Shown here: positions 30,286 through 39,650 of the stretch, one piece after another
How the letters are laid out: the number at the start of each line of letters is the position of its first letter
Position numbering within the stretch: position 1 is the stretch's first letter
Source of the DNA: Thermodesulfobacteriota bacterium
Lineage (GTDB): Bacteria; Desulfobacterota; Desulfobacteria; Desulfobacterales; C00003060
DNA length: 64,000 bases
Direction of reading: 5' to 3'
Assembly (NCBI GenBank): GCA_034189385.1
Contig: JAXHVD010000016.1
Span: 1 to 64,000 of the forward strand
Notes under the pieces: model-generated
What the model saw: the letters and a program-made list of their open reading frames with translations, nothing else
Databases searched by the model: none
Told to the model about the DNA's origin: nothing
Made by a program: the position numbers and the translations under genes

Positions 30286-31056
30286 TTACTTCCATACTGC
30301 CCAGGGCGCCTTCCCCGAATCCCAGAGGCTTTGAAGGATATGCTTTTCTCGCAGGGTGTCCATACACTGCCAGAAGGAGGTGTGGCGATAGGCCATCAGT
30401 TCACCGTCCCGGGCCAGTCCCTCCAAGGGCTCCTTTTCCCACTGAGTGTCGTCTCCCTGAATATAGTCAAATATTCCTGGCTCCAACACAAAGAAAGCAC
30501 CACTTATCCACCCCTCTCGTGTCTGCGGCTTTTCAGAGAATTCGTTGATAACATCTCCGTCCAGTTCCAGGTGACCATAGCGAGCTGGAGGTCTAACGGC
30601 TGTCAATGTAGCCAGTTTCCCGTGCGAATGATGGAAAGCCAAAAGGTCACGGATGTTGATATCCGAAACGCCGTCTCCCCAGGTGAGCATGAAAGTCTCG
30701 TCACCCATATAGGGTCTAAGGCGCTTAATACGCCCGCCTGTCTGGGTATGCAAACCAGTGTCAATTAACTCCACTTCCCAATCTAGCTTGCTCCCATTAT
30801 GAAATGTCACGTCTCCATTCTTCAAATTGACGGTGAGGTCGCTAGATAAAGCACAATAATCCAACATGTATTTCTTGATCATCTCACCTTTATACCCAAG
30901 TGCAACGATGAAGTCCTTAAAGCCATGGTAGGCGTAAATCATCATGATGTGCCAAAGTATTGGCTTGCCTCCAATCTCAACCATAGGTTTAGGTTTCACT
31001 TCGGTTTCCTCGGCAAGACGAGTTCCATGGCCTCCTGCTAGTATAACTACTTGCAT
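30286..31056 (-). CDS. rfbF: Glucose-1-phosphate cytidylyltransferase
   Basis: LAGGHGTRLAEET..KPKPMVEIG, TGGRIKR and FWQCMDTLREK...APW motifs. Confidence 0.95.
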   Translation of the reverse strand: MQVVILAGGHGTRLAEETEVKPKPMVEIGGKPILWHIMMIYAYHGFKDFIVALGYKGEMIKKYMLDYCALSSDLTVNLKNGDVTFHNGSKLDWEVELIDTGLHTQTGGRIKRLRPYMGDETFMLTWGDGVSDINIRDLLAFHHSHGKLATLTAVRPPARYGHLELDGDVINEFSEKPQTREGWISGAFFVLEPGIFDYIQGDDTQWEKEPLEGLARDGELMAYRHTSFWQCMDTLREKHILQSLWDSGKAPWAVWK

Positions 31057-31217
31057 TCTGTCCTCCTGCGACTACTTCTTATCCCGATTAAGATACTACT
31101 AGCCTCGTTTGCTATCGCTTCCATTTCCAAGCTGTGTGAGGTCATATGTTGTGCAATTAGAAACCTAGGGCAAGGGGCCTTCGTCAATGAGGAGTTGTGG
31201 AGGTTAGACCGCAGAAA

Positions 31218-32366
31218 CTAATGTCGGACAGGTTTCCAGGATGTGACCTTTTTTCTGCTCAGTAAGTCTAAAATCCCCATGGTAGCAGCAATGTTAACGA
31301 GACTGAAATAGTACGGAACCGTAAAGAGTTTTTGGCGTATTGACAGGCGCTCGGTCAACCATCCGATTGCCGCAGCTGTGAAAAAGGTACAGTAGAACAC
31401 CAGGATGCATTTGAATATCCAGTGGGTTGAGAGCGCTAGACAAGCCAACACATTTAGAATGAAGGTAATCCCAACGCACCATCTTAGAACTTTGTGAAAG
31501 AATATCTGAAACGTCAGCCCGGGATACTTGAAAGGGTTCATTAGCTGGCTATTGGCCAAAAGACCGACCAAGCCTCTAAGGGTAATACGGCGGCGTGTGG
31601 CAAACTCCTCGGAAGATGTATGCGTGGGGTCTTCATCCACGATTGCCTGAGGTTCCCATATGACTCTTTTGCCCTGTGACAAAACCAGGAGGGGTGTTAT
31701 CAAATCACTGATGATGTGACTGGCCAGAGGTACGTAACAATCACGCCTCACGGCATAGAGTGGTCCATCAACACCTATCAGTCTGCCCAACTTCGATTCC
31801 ATATTCTTAATGATGACTTCATAGCGCCAGTACAGGCCTTGAGACTTGGTAGTCAAATTTGTGTCTGTGCCTATGAAGCGCATTCGTCCGGCGACACATC
31901 CGATGCGCTTATCAGCAAAATTTCTGACAATCATATTCAAGGCATTGGGGTGCAAAAAAGAGGCAGCATCTGTGAAGATCAAAATCTCAGCGCTCGAATG
32001 TTCCACAAGATCATTCTGCACTTCGGTTTTACCCCTATTTTCCATAAATCTTATGGTCTTGACGCCGCGGTCTGAGAATTGAGCTGCCAGATCCGCTGTT
32101 TCATCAGTTGAGCCATCGGAACCGACCAGGATCTCCATCTTGTCCCTCGGGTAGTTCAAAGACAAGGTATTCTCAAGTTTTTGTTCAATAGACTTGGACT
32201 CATTATGGGCTGGTATAATAATGGACACTTCCGGTCTAATGTCCCGGTGTTGAGTGCTGTGAGAAACAAACTTGCCCATAATCCAAAGAAGTATTGGATA
32301 AAGGACATAGGTACAAAGTGGGAAAAGAAGGGTTAGCAAATAGAGCGCTATGAAAAATCTAAACAT
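31218..32366 (-). CDS. Membrane glycosyltransferase family 2 (CESA/PgaC-like)
   Basis: N- and C-terminal TMs, SDGSTD, GK, FTDA, YWRYE and RRRI motifs; start set at MFRFF. Confidence 0.88.
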   Translation of the reverse strand: MFRFFIALYLLTLLFPLCTYVLYPILLWIMGKFVSHSTQHRDIRPEVSIIIPAHNESKSIEQKLENTLSLNYPRDKMEILVGSDGSTDETADLAAQFSDRGVKTIRFMENRGKTEVQNDLVEHSSAEILIFTDAASFLHPNALNMIVRNFADKRIGCVAGRMRFIGTDTNLTTKSQGLYWRYEVIIKNMESKLGRLIGVDGPLYAVRRDCYVPLASHIISDLITPLLVLSQGKRVIWEPQAIVDEDPTHTSSEEFATRRRITLRGLVGLLANSQLMNPFKYPGLTFQIFFHKVLRWCVGITFILNVLACLALSTHWIFKCILVFYCTFFTAAAIGWLTERLSIRQKLFTVPYYFSLVNIAATMGILDLLSRKKVTSWKPVRH

Positions 32367-32394
32367 GGTTGGTTGTCGAAAGCGGTATGGAGCT

Positions 32395-33045
32395 TCAGTG
32401 TTCCGCACTGACTACGTATTCAAGAAAGATGGGATAAAAGGCCCCAAGGAAGGCCATGCCGGTTCGCATTGCGACGACTGGTGGCACCTCCTCCCCGAGT
32501 GGTAAGGAAATACGCACGAAAGCGGTATCCTCACGGCCATGAAGCCATTTTGTCCAAAAGGCATAGAGCTTCTGGAAGAAAGTGCCCTGAAAGGTCTTGT
32601 CAAATGCCTGAAACCAATAAAGTAGAAGCTGCCTTTCCTTGCTGCGAGTGACAATAGCACTCACAAAATGAAGTTTATGGCCGCCCAAATCGGTGCTTAT
32701 GTTTTCCGTTTTTGATATAGTCCATCCTGCTCCGTGAAAACAGACTAGAGGTGAGTGAGGCGCTCCAACCTTTTCTGTACTAAGGTAGTACCCTACATAT
32801 AGAAAGACCCTGTCCTTTCCTCTAGAATAATACTGATTTACGTAGTCATGTACCTCCAAAGCCTTTAGGATTTTCGAGTGCAATGGAACTGGCTCTCCAC
32901 TTTTCCAACCCTCAATGTTTAGGCTATTGACTAAACTTGCTTTTTTGGCAACGGGGGTTGATGGGGGAGTCTGATAAATCAATAAACTCGTAATGGAAAA
33001 AACGATTACCAGAACGACTATTCGACGATGGTAGCTTTGTCCCAA
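32395..33045 (-). CDS. epsI: EpsI family exosortase-associated protein
   Basis: LYVGYY, HSPLVCF.GAGW, LLYWFQ and AFVRIS motifs. TTG start with GGAG RBS overlaps the exosortase 3' end. Confidence 0.88.
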   Translation of the reverse strand: MGQSYHRRIVVLVIVFSITSLLIYQTPPSTPVAKKASLVNSLNIEGWKSGEPVPLHSKILKALEVHDYVNQYYSRGKDRVFLYVGYYLSTEKVGAPHSPLVCFHGAGWTISKTENISTDLGGHKLHFVSAIVTRSKERQLLLYWFQAFDKTFQGTFFQKLYAFWTKWLHGREDTAFVRISLPLGEEVPPVVAMRTGMAFLGAFYPIFLEYVVSAEH

Positions 33046-33875
33046 CGCGAAAGTACTCCTCTCATGGCTACGAGGATAACGAAGGAAAGTGCAAAAATAA
33101 AAATGCTGAATAATATATGGACACCCTCGGCAGTAAGATCAATACTGAAATAGTCAAACAAAACAATGAGTAAGAGGACTCTAACTATGTTAACAAAAAT
33201 GGCAGTGGGTATTCCGGAGAGAAACAAGGCCGCTCTCAAAAGGTTTGATCTCAACGTGAAGAAGGCCAAAATCAGAGCCAAGGCTGAGAGAGAAGCCATA
33301 GACCGTAAGCCACTGCAAGCCTGGACAACCTGCATAGTTAAGCCCGGAAGGTGAATGATATTCCCCTCACGGTACAAAGGGATGCCCAAATGCATAGCGA
33401 GCCAGGAACTAGTTTGACTAACAAATAGCTGCAATGAAATAGTGAGCGCAGCGTATATCTGTGATGGAATGGGTATCATAAAAAGGAGAAAGAAGATAGG
33501 AAAGGCAAGTTCCTTTAAGATGGGAGCTCCATAGAGATAAAGTACAATTGCAGCGATCATCAGCACCGTGGAGGATGAGGAAAGAGTGAGTATTTGAGCA
33601 AAGTGGGCAATCAGGTAGAGAAATGAAGAAAGAATGACAAGGCCTAAGCCGCACAAGGAAGATTGAACCGGAATCTGACAGAGCTTGGTTTTCTTCTTCA
33701 AAAGGATGTAAAAGAAGATTGGAATCACAAGAAACCCATGGGAATACTCTCCGTAAGTGTACCACGCCAGGATGAGTCTTTTCCAGGCCGGGAAGTAGGC
33801 AATGATGAAGGAGGCGACGAGAATAGCGGTCAGCCCAATGGTGGTGTATTTGAGTTTGATGTTGTGCTGAGACAT
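33018..33875 (-). CDS. xrt: Exosortase (EpsH-type)
   Basis: YSHGFLV, LFMIPIP, LQ, REGNII, catalytic ACSGLRS, N.VR and His; multi-TM. Confidence 0.93.
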   Translation of the reverse strand: MSQHNIKLKYTTIGLTAILVASFIIAYFPAWKRLILAWYTYGEYSHGFLVIPIFFYILLKKKTKLCQIPVQSSLCGLGLVILSSFLYLIAHFAQILTLSSSSTVLMIAAIVLYLYGAPILKELAFPIFFLLFMIPIPSQIYAALTISLQLFVSQTSSWLAMHLGIPLYREGNIIHLPGLTMQVVQACSGLRSMASLSALALILAFFTLRSNLLRAALFLSGIPTAIFVNIVRVLLLIVLFDYFSIDLTAEGVHILFSIFIFALSFVILVAMRGVLSRWDKATIVE

Positions 33876-34192
33876 GTTTGGATTGATGGTCAATAGGTTG
33901 ACTTAGTCATATCAGGAAATATTTCTCGTGGCGGCGCAAAGAAGGCGGAGGAACATCACGTTCTCCAGAGTATAGCTAAGACGAAAGCTTGTAGAGCCGG
34001 ACAGAGTCGCGGCTTGCTTGCTAAATGCGAAAAAGATGTGCCCCGGCGGAAAAAGGAGCGAAGGATCTGAAATTGATGCCGGGACGTTTCCACTTCCCCA
34101 AGGCAGGTGCCCTGAAAAGCTTGTAATGGGCGCCCCGAACAGTTGTGCAAGGCTCTCCTGATATCAATATGCTTGAGTTTTACAGTCACTGG

Positions 34193-35233
34193 TCATGCTT
34201 TAGGGCACAGCAGTTCTTGCAGTCTGAGGTAGTCATAACAATTGGTAAAAGTACAATGTCTAAAAGCGGCAATAAAGGAAAACAACTTAGCTTCAGTTTT
34301 ATCCAGGTTGGTGTAGTGTCTGAGCCGAAAGGATTTTGGGACGTCCGGGACCTGAGGTTGTTGTGGGTCGATCTCCCATGGATGTAGATAAAAAAGGTAT
34401 GCACCTTGCTTTTTGAGAATTGCTTTTACGCCCATTTTGAAAAATAAAGTGGGCAATAGCCGAAAGTATCCCCCTCCACCCCAAGGGAGTACAAGAGTAC
34501 CTCTGTTTTGCTGGTTGCTGTTGGCTGATAGCCTATAGCTAAAAAGATTCTTGACATTTAGGTTGCTGATTGGAAGCTCGAAGAGGGTACTGGATGCTGG
34601 ATCCTGGCTCTTGGGTGCTGGATGTTGGGTTTTGGGGATCTCAAGTGCGATACCCCTTTTTCCATTTTGAGATAGATCCATTTGCCCATAGCGCCCGTGT
34701 ATAGCGAAGGAATTGTAACTCGAATCGTACAGATAGCCGCAGTTGGCAACAATCTTCAAGATATCATCGCTTATGGAAAAACTGGGGGCCCGATAGCCGA
34801 AAACAGGCGCTGCCAGGATATCTTCAAGAAGCTTTTTGGTATCACTTAAATCCTTTTTTAAGTTGTCGGGTGTTTGTTGTTTGCAGAGGGTGTGATAATA
34901 TCCGTGGGAGGCGACTTCATGGCCTCGGGCATGAATCTCTCGAATCAGATGAGGCCTCCGTTTTGCAATCCAGCCCAGGACGAAGAAGGTGGCTTTGGGG
35001 TTGCGGAAGCAACGCAGTTCAGGGCTTCCCAGTGAGGCATGCTTTGCGTTGCGCGGAGCGAACATGGCGGATGGCTGAACTTCCACTGAATCGAAAAGGT
35101 CGAGGATGCGATGGGTGTTCTTCTCGACACGTAAGTCATGGGATGACCATGAGGAAAACGGGATCCATGGCTTGAAGTTTTCAACCTGGAACCAATCTTC
35201 AACATCAATAGTCAGAAGAATGGATGGGGTCAT
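34193..35233 (-). CDS. PEP-CTERM/exosortase-system polysaccharide deacetylase (DUF3473-type)
   Basis: TIDVEDWFQV, ATFFVLGW, HEVASHG, GYRAPSFS, GGGYFRL and YLHPWEID motifs; carries loop insertions. Confidence 0.92.
   Translation of the reverse strand: MTPSILLTIDVEDWFQVENFKPWIPFSSWSSHDLRVEKNTHRILDLFDSVEVQPSAMFAPRNAKHASLGSPELRCFRNPKATFFVLGWIAKRRPHLIREIHARGHEVASHGYYHTLCKQQTPDNLKKDLSDTKKLLEDILAAPVFGYRAPSFSISDDILKIVANCGYLYDSSYNSFAIHGRYGQMDLSQNGKRGIALEIPKTQHPAPKSQDPASSTLFELPISNLNVKNLFSYRLSANSNQQNRGTLVLPWGGGGYFRLLPTLFFKMGVKAILKKQGAYLFYLHPWEIDPQQPQVPDVPKSFRLRHYTNLDKTEAKLFSFIAAFRHCTFTNCYDYLRLQELLCPKA
34508..34636. repeat. Degenerate 7-bp tandem repeats within the deacetylase CDS
   Basis: TGGATGC TGGATCC TGGCTCT TGGGTGC TGGATGT TGGGTTT (34591-34632) and TTGCTGG TTGCTGT TGGCTGA TAGCCTA TAGCTAA (34508-34542). 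Confidence 0.75.
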
Positions 35234-35715
35234 GAATTAATCGGATGTTCATTGTGGGCTTTCGGGCTCACCATCAGGCTGCGGTGAGCGGCCCACGAAA
35301 GGGGACAAATCGCGGACAGTTTCATGCTGTTAAGCCGAGTTTTCAGGATTTAAATAAAAAGCCGAAAATGGGTCAAAAAACTCAATGAATTAGGTGAGAA
35401 ACGTTGTGCAAGGGTCTCGAAGCCAAAAGGCTTATTGTCTGTCCATTTTCGCGATATCTTAGCTGGCTTCAGTGATCAGTCCCACAAAAAAGGCTCCAAA
35501 GTGCCAAATCACGATTCTTACCCCTTTATTCAAAGCCCTCATCATAGACTACTTCTCATACAGCTCCGCCCCCTAAGTTACATGAAGGTGATGAATGCAA
35601 CCAGTTGAAGTTACACAACATGGGAGTGGCCAGCCTTGACAGCAGGTTGACTATCTCCCCGTAGAAGTTGGCCCAGATTTTAAAGGCAGAGCAACTAGGT
35701 ATTCGTGGGTGAGCA

Positions 35716-37113
35716 CTATCTGCTCCCCCTGCCCAAGAGCACTGTCTTAACAGTATGGAAAATGACCATCAAGTCCAGGACAAGAGACATGTTCTTAATA
35801 TAGTAAAGGTCATACTTCAGTTTCTCAAGAGCATCCTTTTCAGACGATCCATAGGGATACTTGATCTGGGCCCACCCTGTTACCCCCGGTTTGACAGTAA
35901 ATCTCTGGTTGTAGTAAGGAATGATGCTTTTGAGTCTGTCGGCGAAATAGGGACGTTCGGGCCTGGGCCCGACGAAGCTCATGTCTCCTGTGAGGACATT
36001 CCACAATTGAGGAAACTCGTCTATTCTGAGCCTTCTAATGATCCTGCCAACGCTAGTGATCCTCGGGTCGTTCTTTCTGGTCCATACGGGTCCGGTACCC
36101 TTTTCAGCATCGTGTCTCATAGAGCGAAACTTGTGGAGCGTAAATAGCTTTCCACTTTCGCCAACTCTTCTTTGGGAAAAGAGGACAGGACCTCGTGAAT
36201 CCAGTTTTATCGCCACAGCAACCAAAAGCATCAGGGGAAAGAAAACAACCAGCATGGCGGTAGACATTGCAAGGCCGATCAGTCTCTTTGTGGCCCTAGC
36301 CGTTTTTGACTTAACAAATCCGTTGGAGAGGATGAGCCAGGTTGGATTGATTCTTTCCACCAGAAGTTTCCCAGTGATCCTCTCGTAGAAGCTCTCTCCG
36401 TCGATGATGTTTATCCCCCGCACCTTGCAATTGAGAAGTTCCTTGTAGGGGAAAATGCCACGCTTTTCGTCTAAAGCTACAATAAGACTCTTGACATTCT
36501 CAGCCTCTGCCCAATCGCATATATGGCCAAAGCCATGCTTGACCGACATACCCTTGAAGGCATCATTTCCCACAGGAGTCTTGTCATGTGAGACCACCGA
36601 GCTGATATGATAACTCACATCGCCATTGCCATTCATTGCCCTGAGGATGTCTTTGGCCAACTCACCAGAACCCACCATAATAGCCCTTTCTGTAAGGAAA
36701 TTCTTCCGAATGAGAAAATAGTATAGCAGCCGCCACACAACCAGGAAAAGGAGCAGGAAAAGAAGGCTCCCAAAGAAGATCCATTTTCCAATAATCATCT
36801 CTGGCAAGAAAAAATAAAGGATAGCCAGGGCTATGGACAGGATGCCAATAGACTGAACCAGTCTGGATGCCAGGTCAAGAGTGGTGTCAGTGGTCTTAAA
36901 TTCATAGAGATCATTAAAATACAAGCTGAGCTGGGCGATGACAGAGATAAGCAGTACCTTAGGCCAGATCATTTCCAGCATGAAGGCGAGGCCCACATCT
37001 TGTCCCATAATGAGATAGGATGCCACGCAGACTGCCAGGAAGATCAAGATGCCTTCCCCGACAACAAAGATCATCTTCCTGGGAGAAAAGTGCTGTCTAA
37101 ATAGCTGAATCAT
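35716..37113 (-). CDS. Priming undecaprenyl-phosphate sugar transferase (PEP-CTERM-system type, WcaJ-like)
   Basis: KFRSM, DPRIT, RIDEFPQLWNV..GDMSFVGPRPE, KPGVTGWAQ and DLYYIKN motifs. Confidence 0.95.
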   Translation of the reverse strand: MIQLFRQHFSPRKMIFVVGEGILIFLAVCVASYLIMGQDVGLAFMLEMIWPKVLLISVIAQLSLYFNDLYEFKTTDTTLDLASRLVQSIGILSIALAILYFFLPEMIIGKWIFFGSLLFLLLFLVVWRLLYYFLIRKNFLTERAIMVGSGELAKDILRAMNGNGDVSYHISSVVSHDKTPVGNDAFKGMSVKHGFGHICDWAEAENVKSLIVALDEKRGIFPYKELLNCKVRGINIIDGESFYERITGKLLVERINPTWLILSNGFVKSKTARATKRLIGLAMSTAMLVVFFPLMLLVAVAIKLDSRGPVLFSQRRVGESGKLFTLHKFRSMRHDAEKGTGPVWTRKNDPRITSVGRIIRRLRIDEFPQLWNVLTGDMSFVGPRPERPYFADRLKSIIPYYNQRFTVKPGVTGWAQIKYPYGSSEKDALEKLKYDLYYIKNMSLVLDLMVIFHTVKTVLLGRGSR

Positions 37114-37206
37114 TGGTTCCTATACGAAGCGCAAGTGGTAACGCGACAACGCCCTCCATCGAAAGCGCCCCGATCTTAAGCGTTGGAGTCTTCTGTCTTG
37201 CTATTT

Positions 37207-38046
37207 CTAGTACTCTCCGTAGTATTTATGATAAGCCTTGTAACTCTGGGCGTAACCGTTAAAAACGATGCCACGGATCTTTTCCCTGCCCAAGGGTTCA
37301 ATGCCTTTTTGAATTGTTTCCCTGGGAGCCCTCTCGGCCATGACTACATAGACAATGCCGTCTACATGGTTTGATAGCACACCGACCTCTGCCGTGAGGT
37401 GGCTTGGAGCTGTGTCAAGAATAACATATGTTTCCTCATGGCGTCCCTTTACGTTCTCGGGAAATTTTTCCTCATGGCGTCCCTTTACGTCCTCGAGAAA
37501 TTCTTTCATCTTGGTTGATGAGAGCAACTCCGGCCCGTCTGGGCCTGGTCTTCCCGCAGTCAAGAGGGAGAGTTTATCCATTTTTGTGCCAACGAGTAAT
37601 TCAGACAAGGTCTTCTTCGCAGTTAAATACTCATAGAGGCCTTCTATATTAGCATAGCCCAACATATCGTGTAAGCTGGGACTGCGAAAGTCACAGTCCA
37701 CTAGTAAGACATGCTCGTTGACCCCCATGGCAATGCTTGCAGCCAGGTTGGCAGCCACAAATGTTTTCCCTTCGCCAGGAAAGGCACTGGTTATCATAAT
37801 GGTTCTGGGCTTGCTGCCATCCTTTGGATAGAGGATCTGAGACCGCAAGACCTTAAAATTCTCAGCATCTATGGAGTCCGGGGCTGAAACAGCTATCAGT
37901 TTAGGGCTGAAGCCATTTTGAACGGGAAACCCCTGGGCACGGGGTGCCTGGGGGACTTGATGGGTGACGTCTTGAGGGCCAAGGCGATTTGGCCTTATGA
38001 GCCTGTCCTGCTTGTGCTTCTCCAATGCATCAAATACCTTGCCCAT
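37207..38046 (-). CDS. Polysaccharide biosynthesis tyrosine autokinase (CpsD/CapB-like)
   Basis: PGEGKT Walker A, LVDCD, ILDTAP, and C-terminal Tyr cluster YAQSYKAYHKYYGEY. Confidence 0.92.
   Translation of the reverse strand: MGKVFDALEKHKQDRLIRPNRLGPQDVTHQVPQAPRAQGFPVQNGFSPKLIAVSAPDSIDAENFKVLRSQILYPKDGSKPRTIMITSAFPGEGKTFVAANLAASIAMGVNEHVLLVDCDFRSPSLHDMLGYANIEGLYEYLTAKKTLSELLVGTKMDKLSLLTAGRPGPDGPELLSSTKMKEFLEDVKGRHEEKFPENVKGRHEETYVILDTAPSHLTAEVGVLSNHVDGIVYVVMAERAPRETIQKGIEPLGREKIRGIVFNGYAQSYKAYHKYYGEY
37431..37502. repeat. 36-bp in-frame tandem duplication
   Basis: 37431-37466 versus 37467-37502, two mismatches; encodes FLEDVKGRHEEK / FPENVKGRHEET. Confidence 0.9.
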
Positions 38047-38115
38047 TAGATTCCCTCACCAACTGCCACAGCTCACACTCTGCCATGGTTCCATTATATA
38101 TGATCCAACGCCCTC

Positions 38116-39489
38116 TCATTTGTTCGACACGAGAGGGGGGAAAAGTATCTCCTGTCCTACCTCAATATAGTCCACGTCTTTGATATGAGGATTGGACTCC
38201 CAGACAAGTTCCAGAATGTTTCCCTCAGCCTGGCCATAGACCGCTGTTGCTAACTCTGAAAAGGTATCGCCCTTCTTCACAACCAGTATTGTCTTTGAGA
38301 TATTGTCGTGATCCTGTAAAGAGCCTTGCCATGGGGCTGGCAGACTTGATAGCAGGGCCATGGTTTTTTCTTTTTCAAACACCTGGCTTAAGGGCACTGA
38401 ACCGACCCTTGGCTCATCTTGTACTCTTGGAATGGTCCTGTCCTGGATAGGTGCTTGATCTTGGCCAGCCTTGGTGGGTGTTGGCATGTAACCCACTGGT
38501 ACGATGCGGGTCAATCGCTGCGCGACCTTTCTACCATGGGGGCTCATAAATAAGGCCAGAAGTGCCATGATGATGAGAAAGATGGCCGCCCACCTCAAGG
38601 GGTGCCTCACTTTGGTCGGCGCTGCCTTTCTTGTCTCCAGCTGCTTTAGTTCTTCTAACGGGCTCGGTGAAGACGAAACGTGGGGTCGCAACTCGTCATA
38701 GCATTCTTTTACCATTGAGGGCGTGATCTTCCTTTGTCCCCTTGAATAGGCAAGTAGCAGGACGTTGTCTGCGAGGATATTGATCATCCTAGGATAGCCT
38801 TCGGAATACTGATGAATGGCCCTTACCACGCTATTGGGGAGGATTGCCTGTGGGTTTTTTGCTCCTGCTATCTGCAGGGCGGTGGCAACATATTCCTGAG
38901 TGCCTTTTAGGTCCAAGGGATTCATATGATAACGGGTGCCAATTCTTTGTAGAAGGGCCCTGCACCTCGGCTGATTTAATTTTTCGTTCAACTCTGGTTG
39001 GCCGACGAGGAAGATATTGACCAGTTTCTTTTCGGCCGTTCCCATATTGGAAAGGAGCCGAACCTCCTCCAAAAGTTCGAGAGAGACTTCCTGGGCCTCG
39101 TCAATGATCAGTACAAAACTTTCCTGGTGCTGCAGCGTCTCCTTTAGGAAGTGTTCAAAGGCTATGAGGAACTCTGCCTTGGATTTGACGTTAAACGTTT
39201 TGTCAAATGCGGTGAGGGCAAGATAGCGCATGAACTCCTCGGCGGAGAGGAGCGGGTTCGGGAGGTAGACGTACTTCACACCCTTTTCAAGATTGGCAAG
39301 GAGGGCGTGGACCATGGTACTCTTGCCCGTCCCTGTCTCCCCTGTGAGAAGGACAAACCCTTTTCGCTCAACAACCCCGTATGTCAGCACTGCCAAGGCT
39401 TCTTTATGGACCTCACCCAAATAGAGAAAGCGGGGTGACGGGGTAAGGTGGAAAGGTTGTTCCTTCAGATTGAAAAAATCAGCATACAA
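38116..39489 (-). CDS. ExeA-like AAA ATPase with TM helix and C-terminal LysM-like domain
   Basis: MY..FF.L...PF, GETGTGKS, IIDEAQ, LVGQPEL and G.PR.IN motifs; C-terminal VVKKGDTFSELA..VYG...NP.I....IEVGQEI.FP. Confidence 0.88.
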   Translation of the reverse strand: MYADFFNLKEQPFHLTPSPRFLYLGEVHKEALAVLTYGVVERKGFVLLTGETGTGKSTMVHALLANLEKGVKYVYLPNPLLSAEEFMRYLALTAFDKTFNVKSKAEFLIAFEHFLKETLQHQESFVLIIDEAQEVSLELLEEVRLLSNMGTAEKKLVNIFLVGQPELNEKLNQPRCRALLQRIGTRYHMNPLDLKGTQEYVATALQIAGAKNPQAILPNSVVRAIHQYSEGYPRMINILADNVLLLAYSRGQRKITPSMVKECYDELRPHVSSSPSPLEELKQLETRKAAPTKVRHPLRWAAIFLIIMALLALFMSPHGRKVAQRLTRIVPVGYMPTPTKAGQDQAPIQDRTIPRVQDEPRVGSVPLSQVFEKEKTMALLSSLPAPWQGSLQDHDNISKTILVVKKGDTFSELATAVYGQAEGNILELVWESNPHIKDVDYIEVGQEILFPPLVSNK

Positions 39490-39572
39490 GGAAAGAGCCC
39501 CTCAACAACTCTCAAAAACGCGGTCAATCCCCGTGCCTTGGACGGCTCATGGGGATATCTCGACCACTATTC

Positions 39573-39588
39573 AGCCACAGTTGTGCCA
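39573..39588 (-). promoter_or_regulatory. Candidate internal sigma-54 promoter
   Basis: Minus strand reads TGGCACAACTGTGGCT (GG/GC spacing correct, one mismatch before -12), in the intergenic gap ahead of the ATPase gene. Confidence 0.4.
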
Positions 39589-39650
39589 ATACTGCATCGC
39601 CTATAATTCATTGATGTCATTATTAATCCTGCCTAGGTCTCCTTACCTTC

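Noticed and set aside
33018..33045. Frameshifted exosortase-EpsI fusion
   Set aside because: EpsI has its own GGAG RBS, a TTG start and an N-terminal TM helix, so the overlap fits translational coupling of two genes.
33956..34189. 77-aa ORF between the deacetylase and exosortase
   Set aside because: No recognisable motif and atypical composition; treated as intergenic.
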